From assembly GCA_021650915.1 (NCBI GenBank), contig CP091279.1:600001-632000 (forward strand): 32,000 nt of DNA, in the 5' to 3' direction. Shown here piece by piece: positions 18,616 to 26,835 of the stretch. Both the position numbers and the translations under genes were made by a program. The notes below the pieces were generated by a model. It saw only the letters and a program-made list of their open reading frames with translations, had not been told where the DNA came from and did no database searches. The stretch comes from Candidatus Brocadia sp. Lineage in GTDB: Bacteria > Planctomycetota > Brocadiia > Brocadiales > Brocadiaceae. Position 1 is the first letter of the stretch. Every line of letters starts with the position of its first letter.

Positions 18616-18842
18616 TCTTCGAGTCCATCACTGAGAGTGTCTTCCCATTCCTTGTATACTTCATAGTCTTCATTCACTGCCGCTTTATATGCTGCCTCCA
18701 ATTTATTTCTGAGTCTTTTCTTTTCGTCATGCAGTTTCTTTTCCTTAATCGCTTCGGCTATATAGGCAGATTTATTCTTAACTGTTGATAATATCTGCGC
18801 AACATCTTCAGGTAATAATATATTGATTCTTGTATTACTCAT
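18612..18842 (-). CDS. Antitoxin (RHH/MazE-like) partner of MazF
   Basis: Position upstream of mazF. ATG at 18842 has SD GGAGGTG and lies 1 nt after the PglZ stop (TGAtATG). MSNTRINILLPEDVAQIL fits a ribbon-helix-helix beta strand, and the tail is acidic. Confidence 0.7.
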   Translation of the reverse strand: MSNTRINILLPEDVAQILSTVKNKSAYIAEAIKEKKLHDEKKRLRNKLEAAYKAAVNEDYEVYKEWEDTLSDGLEE

Positions 18843-18843
18843 A

Positions 18844-19818
18844 TCACACCTCCAGTACAATCCATGGTGTCAGCATCTCCATCAATGACAGACCTCCATG
18901 CTTATATAATTTCACTGCTGCCTCTCCGGTAGACCTTGTTTTTACGCGCCCCTTGACCATTGCCACCAGCCTTTTGGCATCTATTAAAATATCATCTGAT
19001 GATGGGGTATTGGGGTTTTCCTTAAGATAAGCATATCTGTTATTTCCGAAATATTCATTCAGTTTTTGCGTCTCCTGGCTGCTCCTCACGAAATCCATTC
19101 CCGTACCAAAGAATAGATAACCATGATCGCTGGTAATAATGATCCTGTCTTTCCCTTTTATTTGCTGTACGGTGTTCATCCACGCCGTTTCAAATTGAAC
19201 ATGGATATGCTCAAAGTGATGATCGAATCGCGCTCCGCTATCTGTGTATGTATTGTCAGGAAATGCAGACCAGACAAGCAATGCATTGTTTTCATGGATA
19301 TTGCCTATGCTTTGCGTTGGGCTTCCTGAGTACAGCGCCGTAATTCCCCTGTCAGTGAGTTCCCTTCTGCCGGCAAGTTGTGAAGGCCCAACGCCAGCGC
19401 ATTGCAATTCACGCTCTATAAAGTTCATCGTCTCGCTGGGTATAGCGGCATGAGAACAGCCTATTTCCACAATTTTAAAACCAGATTTTTCAGCAAGTTT
19501 TATCATAATAGGAATCTCACGCAGGGAAAGGCCATCAAAGACAGCGACAGCGGTTTGGCTGTCGGAAAGAACGTTGAATAACTGTTTACTTATATCTGGC
19601 GGTGATAACAATTCTTCATAAATTCTGTCCGCTGAAGCCGCTATCAGGGTCTCAAATCTGTTGATAGACGCTTCGCCTTTTTTGAGATATTCTGTGGGAC
19701 TAACTGCGTGATAATGCGAGGGGCTCCAAATCTCTTCTATAAGCCATTTCTTAATCCAGGGTAGTCTCGGCCCGGCATTGGTTAGTTTTTCCAGTAATGA
19801 GAGATTAAAATATTCCAA
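18844..19818 (-). CDS. pglZ: PglZ-domain (alkaline-phosphatase-like) protein, unusually short
   Basis: 324 aa with four PglZ-like blocks: AVAVFDGLSLREIP, HAAIPSETMNF, IIITSDHGYLF and YKHGGLSLMEMLTPWIVL. The TTG start directly abuts the upstream TGA. Confidence 0.7.
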   Translation of the reverse strand: MEYFNLSLLEKLTNAGPRLPWIKKWLIEEIWSPSHYHAVSPTEYLKKGEASINRFETLIAASADRIYEELLSPPDISKQLFNVLSDSQTAVAVFDGLSLREIPIMIKLAEKSGFKIVEIGCSHAAIPSETMNFIERELQCAGVGPSQLAGRRELTDRGITALYSGSPTQSIGNIHENNALLVWSAFPDNTYTDSGARFDHHFEHIHVQFETAWMNTVQQIKGKDRIIITSDHGYLFFGTGMDFVRSSQETQKLNEYFGNNRYAYLKENPNTPSSDDILIDAKRLVAMVKGRVKTRSTGEAAVKLYKHGGLSLMEMLTPWIVLEV

Positions 19819-22476
19819 TCAGCCACCCTTTTTATTTACTTCAAGCGCTATATCCAGAGAATAATCTGCGCCAGGAATCGATGGAAGGGACTCGATCTGC
19901 TGCTCTATCTGGGATTTTGAGAATCGGCCGGTTTTTGTAATGGCTATTTCTGCCGTAACGTCTCCCTGCCCGCTGAGATTCCCTCTGATCGATCCGGGAA
20001 GTGTGCTTAAATCTCCTATGTTAGTTTTCTGATAGAATAGCTTATAAATAACCGTTATTATCTCTGCAGCCTGATATTGCTGCAACCTGAAAGCAGTCTC
20101 CTCCCTGAGACTCCCGATGCTTGTCCTGGGAGGTATTTTTAAGGAAACGATTTCTTTTTTGGGACATGTACACGTTTCCTGGCCACATCTTTGACAACGA
20201 ATAGGCTGAGGAATGGGTTCTTCGCATGCACAGGTCTTTTGCCCGCAACGTGGACAAATTTGTGGCGGAGCAGTTGGGGATGGAGGCTGTTGTTCTGAAA
20301 AGGGAGAAACAATCTTTGCGTTGAAAAGCTCTGTTTCGGAAAGATCGGGATTCCTCCTGCAATAATTACCTCTACTGTGTTGTATCCCGATAGTTCCTTC
20401 CCTGCAAAGTTCCCGAATTGCCGCTGAAACCGCACGAACATGAGCTGGAACAGGGAAGCCTAGTGTTGCCCTGTATTCTGCATCGATATCCTTAACGAGT
20501 TTCTCTTTTATATGGTCAAGCCGTGATTCGAGATGTTCCTTTATCGTCAGTAAAGGGAAATAATCCTGATTAAGGGATTCAAGCGCCTTATCTTTCGTAA
20601 ATTCTTTTGGCAAAGGCTCCAGTTCGATTTGGTCATCTCGTGCATTTTCACCATATTTTATCCAATGAACAAAGACCAATCCCGCTCTTTTAATCCGTTC
20701 AATAATGAATGATTGATCTGCCCTTGCTATCCTTTCGAAATCAGACTTTTTAGAAGCGCTTCGTGTCCCTTCTGCAAGCTTCTTCGCAGCGATTACCCTC
20801 GTTGCCCACTTTAACGTGTCTCTGTCGGATAGTAATTGAAATTCAGCATCCTTTGGTTCGAGTACCAGGATAAGGTTTCTTACGTCCATACCATAATAAA
20901 TGTTGTGCCTTTCCTCCTGAGTCAAACGCCTTCCGGCAATTACATATCGCAGGCGGTTTTTATCAAAGCCATTGAGGAGTTGTTTTGTTTGATCAGGGGA
21001 GTCAAATACAACCGTACCCGATGTCTCCCGAAAAATTTCGGATTTAACAAGATCGATAATAAAATCCTTGGCGGCATATTTGTAATCAAGAGACCGATAT
21101 TCAACCCTTGCTTCAGGTTGTTCTTCGATATCAAAGGAGAATCTGTCTCCATCAGTATGAAAATAAGAGGCATATTTCTGGAAATTCATTATCGCCTGGT
21201 CAAAAGCATTAATATCTGTCATTGGAGAAAGGATATCTGTTAAAAGCGTATTGCGGGAAGATCCTTTTTCCGATTCAAATCCGGTAAGTGAATAAAGGAG
21301 AACGGCAGAAGCGAATCGGTTCGCTATCGGGACTTTTGGCCTGAGTTCTTCCATATTTTCGATTGCCCTGTTTATAAGGTCTCCTCCGACATCCAAATCT
21401 CTCAGCATGATAATATTCGCTTTGTCTTCTAAAGAGGCGTCGGCCGGCGTGATGATGTCGTTTGTGCTATGAGTGAGCCTAACAAGATTTCCGAGAAATG
21501 AAAGGGCGCCTCTCACATTCTGAAAACCCCCTCTTGCCGGTATCTTTTTTAAAATAATATCTATCAAAGATGGAGAAAACGGATATGTCTCATGAAATCT
21601 GCTTTTTAACTCATTCGCATCTAAAGAGACATGTCTTTGCCATATGTTTACAAAACTATCGATAACAGGCGAAGGAGATTTATTGTTGAATTCGAGGTAA
21701 TTTTCAAACAAACGGTGTAATATTACCTTGCACTGGTCTTTTGTATTATCAAATTTAACCATAAAGGGTTTAACCCGTTTTAACGTACTCCCCGGTTCTT
21801 CCCTATCACCGTAAAGGCTCGCAAAGAGTGTAATCTGCTTCGATCTATTACTGAATTCGGAAATCATCTGCAAAAAAGCGATATTTTGCGCCTGAATAGC
21901 AGGGTCGGCGATGACTTTTATACCCTGTTCAAGTTCATCAAGAATAAGAATAAGTTTATGATCACCAATAGCTTCCTTAAATTCAGGAAGGCTAAGATGG
22001 GTTATTTTGTCCGGAGCTTTTTTACCAAACTTCTTGTATATCAAGTCCCAGACATATTTATAGGGGATGTCGGTAAACTTGTTTATAATAACGACTATGT
22101 CATCAGGGATAACGCAGTTGAGATTATTACGCTTAAGCCAGTTTTGCGCAATGGCGGTGTGACTAAAAAGATTGTAAATGAAGAGGAGGAGGTGTGATTT
22201 ACCACTCCCTTTTAAACCCTCGAAAAGGAACAGTCCCGATGAGTTTTTCTTTGTAGAGAACCTTACGTTTATTTGTTCGATAACTTTCAGAATGTCTGAT
22301 GTTGGATATGTGAGGCTGAAAAATAATTCCGGATCAGCTTCAATTTTCTTCGCATCTTGGGAATTTAAATTAGCCAGATCAATAATCCCTTCAATGCCCT
22401 CTTCAGAGATAGTTTCGAATCTTGGTCTTAGATACGACGAATAACCCATACTATTCTCTATTTTAAAATTTACCAA
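19819..22476 (-). CDS. brxC: DUF499 / BrxC(PglY)-like AAA ATPase with C-terminal duplicated Cys motif
   Basis: Walker A EGLKGSGKSHLLLFIYNLF (DUF499-like GKSH) and Walker B LILILDELEQ. Cys motifs CPRCGQKTCAC and CQRCGQETCTC. The track start is TTG 22476, overlapping cobS by 14 nt. The first ATG, at 22449, lies 13 nt after the cobS stop. Confidence 0.8.
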   Translation of the reverse strand: MVNFKIENSMGYSSYLRPRFETISEEGIEGIIDLANLNSQDAKKIEADPELFFSLTYPTSDILKVIEQINVRFSTKKNSSGLFLFEGLKGSGKSHLLLFIYNLFSHTAIAQNWLKRNNLNCVIPDDIVVIINKFTDIPYKYVWDLIYKKFGKKAPDKITHLSLPEFKEAIGDHKLILILDELEQGIKVIADPAIQAQNIAFLQMISEFSNRSKQITLFASLYGDREEPGSTLKRVKPFMVKFDNTKDQCKVILHRLFENYLEFNNKSPSPVIDSFVNIWQRHVSLDANELKSRFHETYPFSPSLIDIILKKIPARGGFQNVRGALSFLGNLVRLTHSTNDIITPADASLEDKANIIMLRDLDVGGDLINRAIENMEELRPKVPIANRFASAVLLYSLTGFESEKGSSRNTLLTDILSPMTDINAFDQAIMNFQKYASYFHTDGDRFSFDIEEQPEARVEYRSLDYKYAAKDFIIDLVKSEIFRETSGTVVFDSPDQTKQLLNGFDKNRLRYVIAGRRLTQEERHNIYYGMDVRNLILVLEPKDAEFQLLSDRDTLKWATRVIAAKKLAEGTRSASKKSDFERIARADQSFIIERIKRAGLVFVHWIKYGENARDDQIELEPLPKEFTKDKALESLNQDYFPLLTIKEHLESRLDHIKEKLVKDIDAEYRATLGFPVPAHVRAVSAAIRELCREGTIGIQHSRGNYCRRNPDLSETELFNAKIVSPFSEQQPPSPTAPPQICPRCGQKTCACEEPIPQPIRCQRCGQETCTCPKKEIVSLKIPPRTSIGSLREETAFRLQQYQAAEIITVIYKLFYQKTNIGDLSTLPGSIRGNLSGQGDVTAEIAITKTGRFSKSQIEQQIESLPSIPGADYSLDIALEVNKKGG

Positions 22477-23278
22477 GTAACAAAAGACTTAATAAAAACA
22501 CCAGTTCAGCAATCTCATTGGTAGCGCCCAGGGTATCTCCCGTCATCCCACCAATTTTCTTTTTAATATACCAAATCCAACCGAGAGTGAAAATAAGCAT
22601 TATTGCAAATATAAAAAATCCACCCAACCCAAAAAAATACCAGAATAAGACAACAGGAAAAACTGACAAAAAGATCACCTGTATTCGTGTAGTATCTTTC
22701 GTAATAAAACTCCCCGTACCCGATTCATTCCGGGCATATGTCGATATCCCTGCGGCGCAGACCTGCGCCCATCTTCCTGCAACAGGCATGATCAACAAGG
22801 CAACACATTTATTAACTAGGACCGGGGTGGTAACGCAGGATTCACATGGTATGCTGATACGAAAAGGGGAACTATGAATCGTGGAGATTTCCCCAATGCT
22901 CAGCAAACAGGCATATTTGAGTCCGATCATACCTATCAGCCCGATAGCCCCAAAGCTGCCGATGCGGCTATCCTTCATGATTTCCAGGCGTTTTTCCTTA
23001 TTCCAGCCACCCCAAATACCGTCACAAGTATCTGCAAGACCGTCGAGATGCATTGCACCGGTAATCATAATAAATATCAGCACAATCAAAGCGTCTGCAA
23101 TAAGGGAAGGGAAAAAGCAATACAACGGCAGATACGCAAGACAGAGAAAAACGCCTATACACAAACCCACCACGGGAAACCAATACACCACATGGCAACA
23201 ATCCCTTGGTTTTATCCGATCCTCCCTGTCAAAGGGGATAATAGTTAAAAACTTGAGTGCCCATAAAAAGGTATTCAT
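22463..23278 (-). CDS. cobS: Adenosylcobinamide-GDP ribazoletransferase (cobalamin synthase)
   Basis: 271 aa polytopic membrane protein with LKFLTIIPF and HLDGLADTCDG motifs. Confidence 0.9.
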   Translation of the reverse strand: MNTFLWALKFLTIIPFDREDRIKPRDCCHVVYWFPVVGLCIGVFLCLAYLPLYCFFPSLIADALIVLIFIMITGAMHLDGLADTCDGIWGGWNKEKRLEIMKDSRIGSFGAIGLIGMIGLKYACLLSIGEISTIHSSPFRISIPCESCVTTPVLVNKCVALLIMPVAGRWAQVCAAGISTYARNESGTGSFITKDTTRIQVIFLSVFPVVLFWYFFGLGGFFIFAIMLIFTLGWIWYIKKKIGGMTGDTLGATNEIAELVFLLSLLLLGKF

Positions 23279-23518
23279 TTAATACTTATCTCCCGTTTTC
23301 TGTCGCCTTGTATTTGTTGGTTGTAGCTATGGTGTAGTCAGTTTTTATGAGATTAAGAATTTTGACAATAACTGTCAACAAGAATTCTGGATACTATAAG
23401 CGAAGAACACACCAAGGAGGAATTGCTTTGAGGAGTTTATACTAAGCAAAGCGAATATACTTGCATTATCATCCGAAGTAGCCGAAAAGTGTTAACATAT
23501 ATTTTGTAAAACATTATT

Positions 23519-23545
23519 TTGACAGGGAGGGCTTTTCTATATAAT
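23519..23545 (+). promoter_or_regulatory. Weak promoter candidate for the aldehyde dehydrogenase gene
   Basis: TTGACA (23519-23524) and TATAAT (23540-23545) match consensus, but the spacer is only 15 nt. The site is ~30-50 nt upstream of the candidate starts. Confidence 0.25.
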
Positions 23546-23576
23546 AATTAGCAGGGCAAAATTACAAACTGATTTT

Positions 23577-25076
23577 ATGGGAGGAATACTGATTATGGAA
23601 GGGAAAAATTATATTAATGGAATATTTGTGAACGGCTCCTCCGGAGACCGGTTTGAAAGTAGGAATCCTGCTAATACTGATGAGGTATTGGGAACATTTC
23701 CGTCTTCTACAGACAAAGACGTGAATAATGCCGTTAGTGCAGCAAAAGCTGCCTATCAGGGGTGGAAATGTTTGTCCCGTATTAAACGCGGTGAGTATCT
23801 GGATGCATTTACTCAACTCCTGAAAGCAGGCCATGAAGAGATATCCCAGCTGGTTACGAGGGAGTGCGGGAAGGGGATCGTCGAAGGCAGGGCAGATGTG
23901 ACGGAAGGGATTCACATGTGCCAATATGTTTTTGGTACGGTGAGGATGCCACATGGCGACGTAATTGATTCTGAGATTCCTGAAAAGGACGCATTCTTAC
24001 GCAGGAAACCAAAGGGAGTGGTTGCGGCAATTACGCCCTGGAATTTTCCTTTTGCTATTCCCCTGTGGCTGATCTGTCCTTCAGTGGTAGAGGGGAATAC
24101 GGTTATTCTCAAACCTTCCAGAGAAACAGCGTGTACGGCACACAAGATTGCCGAATATGCGCATAAGGCAGGGTTTCCTCCCGGCGTTATTAATGTTGTA
24201 CAGGGAGGTTGCGGTGATTTGCTGGTGAAACATCCTGATGTTCACGTTGTGTTGTTTGTAGGCTCGAATGATGTGGGTTCGGGGATAAAGCAAATTGTCG
24301 CCGGGTTTCGTGACAAGATGTGTGCCTGTGAAATGGGTGGAAAAAATGCCGTAATTGTCCTTGATGATGCTAACCTGGATATTGCAGTGAATGCAGCTAT
24401 TATCAGTGCCTTTAAGACATCAGGACAGCGATGTACCTCCGCAAGCAGGCTTATTGTACATGAGAAAATACTGAGTAATTTCGAAAAGAGGTTTATCGAA
24501 CTCACGAAAAGAATCAAGATTGGCAATCCTCTGGATGAAACGGTTTTTATGGGGCCAGTGATTAATCAGGCAGCAACGGAAAAGGTTGCACGATACAATG
24601 ATCTGGCGCGGGAAGAGGGAGCGGAGGTGTTGTGCAATGGAGGGATGCTTGTTGGTGAGCCGTTTAAAAAGGGGTACTTCATGTCTCCTTTTGTGTATCG
24701 TATGGAAAACAATCCAAAGAGCCGGGTGCTTCGTGAAGAGGTGTTTGGGCCGCATGTTGCGATAATTCCAGTAAAAGATATCGATGAGGCCATCGGGGTT
24801 TATAACGATACCGATTACGGTCTTTCCTGTGCAGTAATTACTGAGGATTATCGGAAGGCGAAGAGGATACGCGATGATTGTGAATACGGACTTGGCTACG
24901 TAAACCTGCCAACCATTGGGGCTGAGGTGCATCTGCCCTTTGGCGGGGTAAAAAAGAGCGGAACCGGCTTACCTTCGGCAAGTACGCTGATCGATGTTGT
25001 TACACACCGTACGGCATGGACGGTGAATCATGCAAAAAAAATCAAGATGGCTCAGGGACTGACGGTGAAGTTATAG
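23577..25076 (+). CDS. NAD(P)-dependent aldehyde dehydrogenase family protein
   Basis: YINGIFV N-terminus, the TPWNFPFAIP block, the catalytic Glu context CEMGGKNA, and the catalytic Cys context GQRCTSASRL. The more likely start is ATG 23595, with GGGAGG 10 nt upstream. Confidence 0.9.
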   Translation: MGGILIMEGKNYINGIFVNGSSGDRFESRNPANTDEVLGTFPSSTDKDVNNAVSAAKAAYQGWKCLSRIKRGEYLDAFTQLLKAGHEEISQLVTRECGKGIVEGRADVTEGIHMCQYVFGTVRMPHGDVIDSEIPEKDAFLRRKPKGVVAAITPWNFPFAIPLWLICPSVVEGNTVILKPSRETACTAHKIAEYAHKAGFPPGVINVVQGGCGDLLVKHPDVHVVLFVGSNDVGSGIKQIVAGFRDKMCACEMGGKNAVIVLDDANLDIAVNAAIISAFKTSGQRCTSASRLIVHEKILSNFEKRFIELTKRIKIGNPLDETVFMGPVINQAATEKVARYNDLAREEGAEVLCNGGMLVGEPFKKGYFMSPFVYRMENNPKSRVLREEVFGPHVAIIPVKDIDEAIGVYNDTDYGLSCAVITEDYRKAKRIRDDCEYGLGYVNLPTIGAEVHLPFGGVKKSGTGLPSASTLIDVVTHRTAWTVNHAKKIKMAQGLTVKL

Positions 25077-25111
25077 TCGGCATCCGAACAAACCGATTCT
25101 CACAGGAATCA

Positions 25112-25564
25112 TTATTTCCTAACCGTAACTCTTACAAGCTGTTTTGCCCCATTTTTTTTGTAATATAAAATTTCTACTTTCAGGTCGTTAACAAAGGCGG
25201 CCAAGAGGGTATCAAATATAGCCTTACTTGTTCCGTGACCGTAGGAGTCGGTAAATACCAAACTGAATCCGTATATATTGGTGTCGTCCTTGAGTTTGAT
25301 CAGAATTTCGGCATTGAGATACTCCTCGGTGCCGGGACGTCCATACCCTATACCAGTAACCTGGCTTGTTATGTATTCAATCTTGCTCAGTGGGGTTCTT
25401 AAGATATCCTCGGTATCAGGGCGGCGGTCTATGTCGATCATTGGACCTGGTGAATACTGGACGGTTTTATTCAAAGGATTTGGATTATCTGCATGGATAT
25501 TTTCAGCCTTTAGCCAGGCGATTACGAGACAAGATAGTGCAATACTAAATAACAGTTTTAACAT
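25112..25564 (-). CDS. Small secreted hypothetical protein
   Basis: 150 aa with signal peptide MLKLLFSIALSCLVIAWLKAENIHA. The ATG directly abuts the upstream stop (TAAATG at 25562-25567). Confidence 0.6.
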   Translation of the reverse strand: MLKLLFSIALSCLVIAWLKAENIHADNPNPLNKTVQYSPGPMIDIDRRPDTEDILRTPLSKIEYITSQVTGIGYGRPGTEEYLNAEILIKLKDDTNIYGFSLVFTDSYGHGTSKAIFDTLLAAFVNDLKVEILYYKKNGAKQLVRVTVRK

Positions 25565-26506
25565 TTACGTTCCCTTTCTTTCCTCTGAGATATTCCTGTT
25601 TCGTACAACATCTATTGCTTGTTCAAAGCTGCCAACCTCAGTTATTATTAACGTGTTTGGGAGAGCAATACTTACGGCAGAGTTCCTGGCAACGAGGATT
25701 TCATCGATGAAATGCAATTCCCTTAAAACAACTTCTATTTTATCATCAAGAAATTCTGAGGGAATTGTCCTGCCCTGGCCGTCCAGACCGCCGGTTACTA
25801 CAATATTTGCAGGGACAGATAGCTTGGTTAGCATAGCATAATAACAGAGGGCGGCCGCAAGCCCGGCACTCTGTAAGTTACATCCGGAAGCTATTTGCGT
25901 TACGCCTTCTTCAAGGAAGTATTTTATATGGGTTATCGTGGGTATACGTAGATTGTTAATGTGTTTCGAATGGACAAATTGGTTTATCCAGATAACAACA
26001 GGTGAAAAAATATCTTCAGGTAAAATTGCTGTGGTGTCTTGTAATACCGTTGTGTCTTCTGAGAATATACATTTCAAGCAGGTCGAAAAGCTTATCTTCG
26101 AATGATAGGTGAGTAGCGTTCTCACCTCACCCACTTTTGGCATTGGTTTATATATCGGATTCGCAAGCTTATCATCCAGAAGGATGTCCAGAATACTATC
26201 TTCCCAAGTACCTTTTTCGTGGGGAGGAGATTCGTTGATATAAGTTCTAATGTGATCCCTCAGTGCTATCCGTTTATTAAGGTTCAGATAGCCTGGGATT
26301 TTATTAAGAGCGTATTGGATAGCCGTTAATACGTCTGATATCGTTGATTCCTGTAGGCCAAAATCATCTTTTTCCAACTCGGAACATACGAATTCATTTG
26401 GACACATCTTGCAGTATTCAATCCCTTTATCACATTTATTGAGAATGTCGTCCAGATATTGAATATAGTTACCAATTTTCAGATGTTGCTTGGGACTAAA
26501 ATTCAT
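25565..26506 (-). CDS. Protein with C-terminal Lon-protease-like (S16) domain and a Cys-rich N-terminus
   Basis: The block QSAGLAAALCYYAMLTKLSVPANIVVTGGLDGQGRTIPSEFLDDKIEVV parallels Lon PSAG...MTGE...G.V.PIGG..EK (Ser-Lys dyad). N-terminal Cys cluster CDKGIEYCKMCPNEFVC. No AAA+ module is present. Confidence 0.55.
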   Translation of the reverse strand: MNFSPKQHLKIGNYIQYLDDILNKCDKGIEYCKMCPNEFVCSELEKDDFGLQESTISDVLTAIQYALNKIPGYLNLNKRIALRDHIRTYINESPPHEKGTWEDSILDILLDDKLANPIYKPMPKVGEVRTLLTYHSKISFSTCLKCIFSEDTTVLQDTTAILPEDIFSPVVIWINQFVHSKHINNLRIPTITHIKYFLEEGVTQIASGCNLQSAGLAAALCYYAMLTKLSVPANIVVTGGLDGQGRTIPSEFLDDKIEVVLRELHFIDEILVARNSAVSIALPNTLIITEVGSFEQAIDVVRNRNISEERKGT

Positions 26507-26604
26507 AAGAATCGTCTAAATTACGCAATTAAAAGGCCGATAATAAACCTGTTTTTGCCGATAGGTGAATAAGATAAAATTGTCTTAAATAACGCAGGCC
26601 TGGA

Positions 26605-26835
26605 TTGAAAAATTTCATGAAGTATAAAAGAATTGTAATGTCAAAAAGTAGTTACCAAGTAAATAATTTTACCAAAAAAGACTGTGAAGTATTAAATGAC
26701 TCCTTTTTGGAATATTATGCACTCTGTGCGTTACGAAAAAACTTAATGCGGGCTGTAGAATTAGCTCAGCATAACAACCTGTTATATTCTCGCAATACTA
26801 TCTATGCATACAAAGGAATGAAATTACATCATTAA
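26605..26835 (+). CDS. Hypothetical small protein (weak call)
   Basis: 76-aa ORF from TTG (ATG at 26617). The translation looks helical, but there is no SD and no recognisable motif. It lies in AT-rich DNA. Confidence 0.25.
   Translation: MKNFMKYKRIVMSKSSYQVNNFTKKDCEVLNDSFLEYYALCALRKNLMRAVELAQHNNLLYSRNTIYAYKGMKLHH

Noticed and set aside
11291-22476. Alternative classification of the island as DISARM, Dnd/Ssp or a type I/III restriction-modification system
   Set aside because: No DUF1998/DrmA-DrmB-like or PLD (DrmC) genes are present. There are no DndA-E-like or sulfur-transfer genes and no HsdS or Res subunits. A PglZ-domain gene next to a DUF499 ATPase points to the BREX/Pgl family instead.
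23279-23576. Cobalamin riboswitch upstream of cobS
   Set aside because: I looked on the minus strand for a B12-box-like GC-rich core (for example GCCACTG) and saw none. The region is AT-rich and looks like a divergent promoter spacer. A covariance-model scan would be needed to be definitive.
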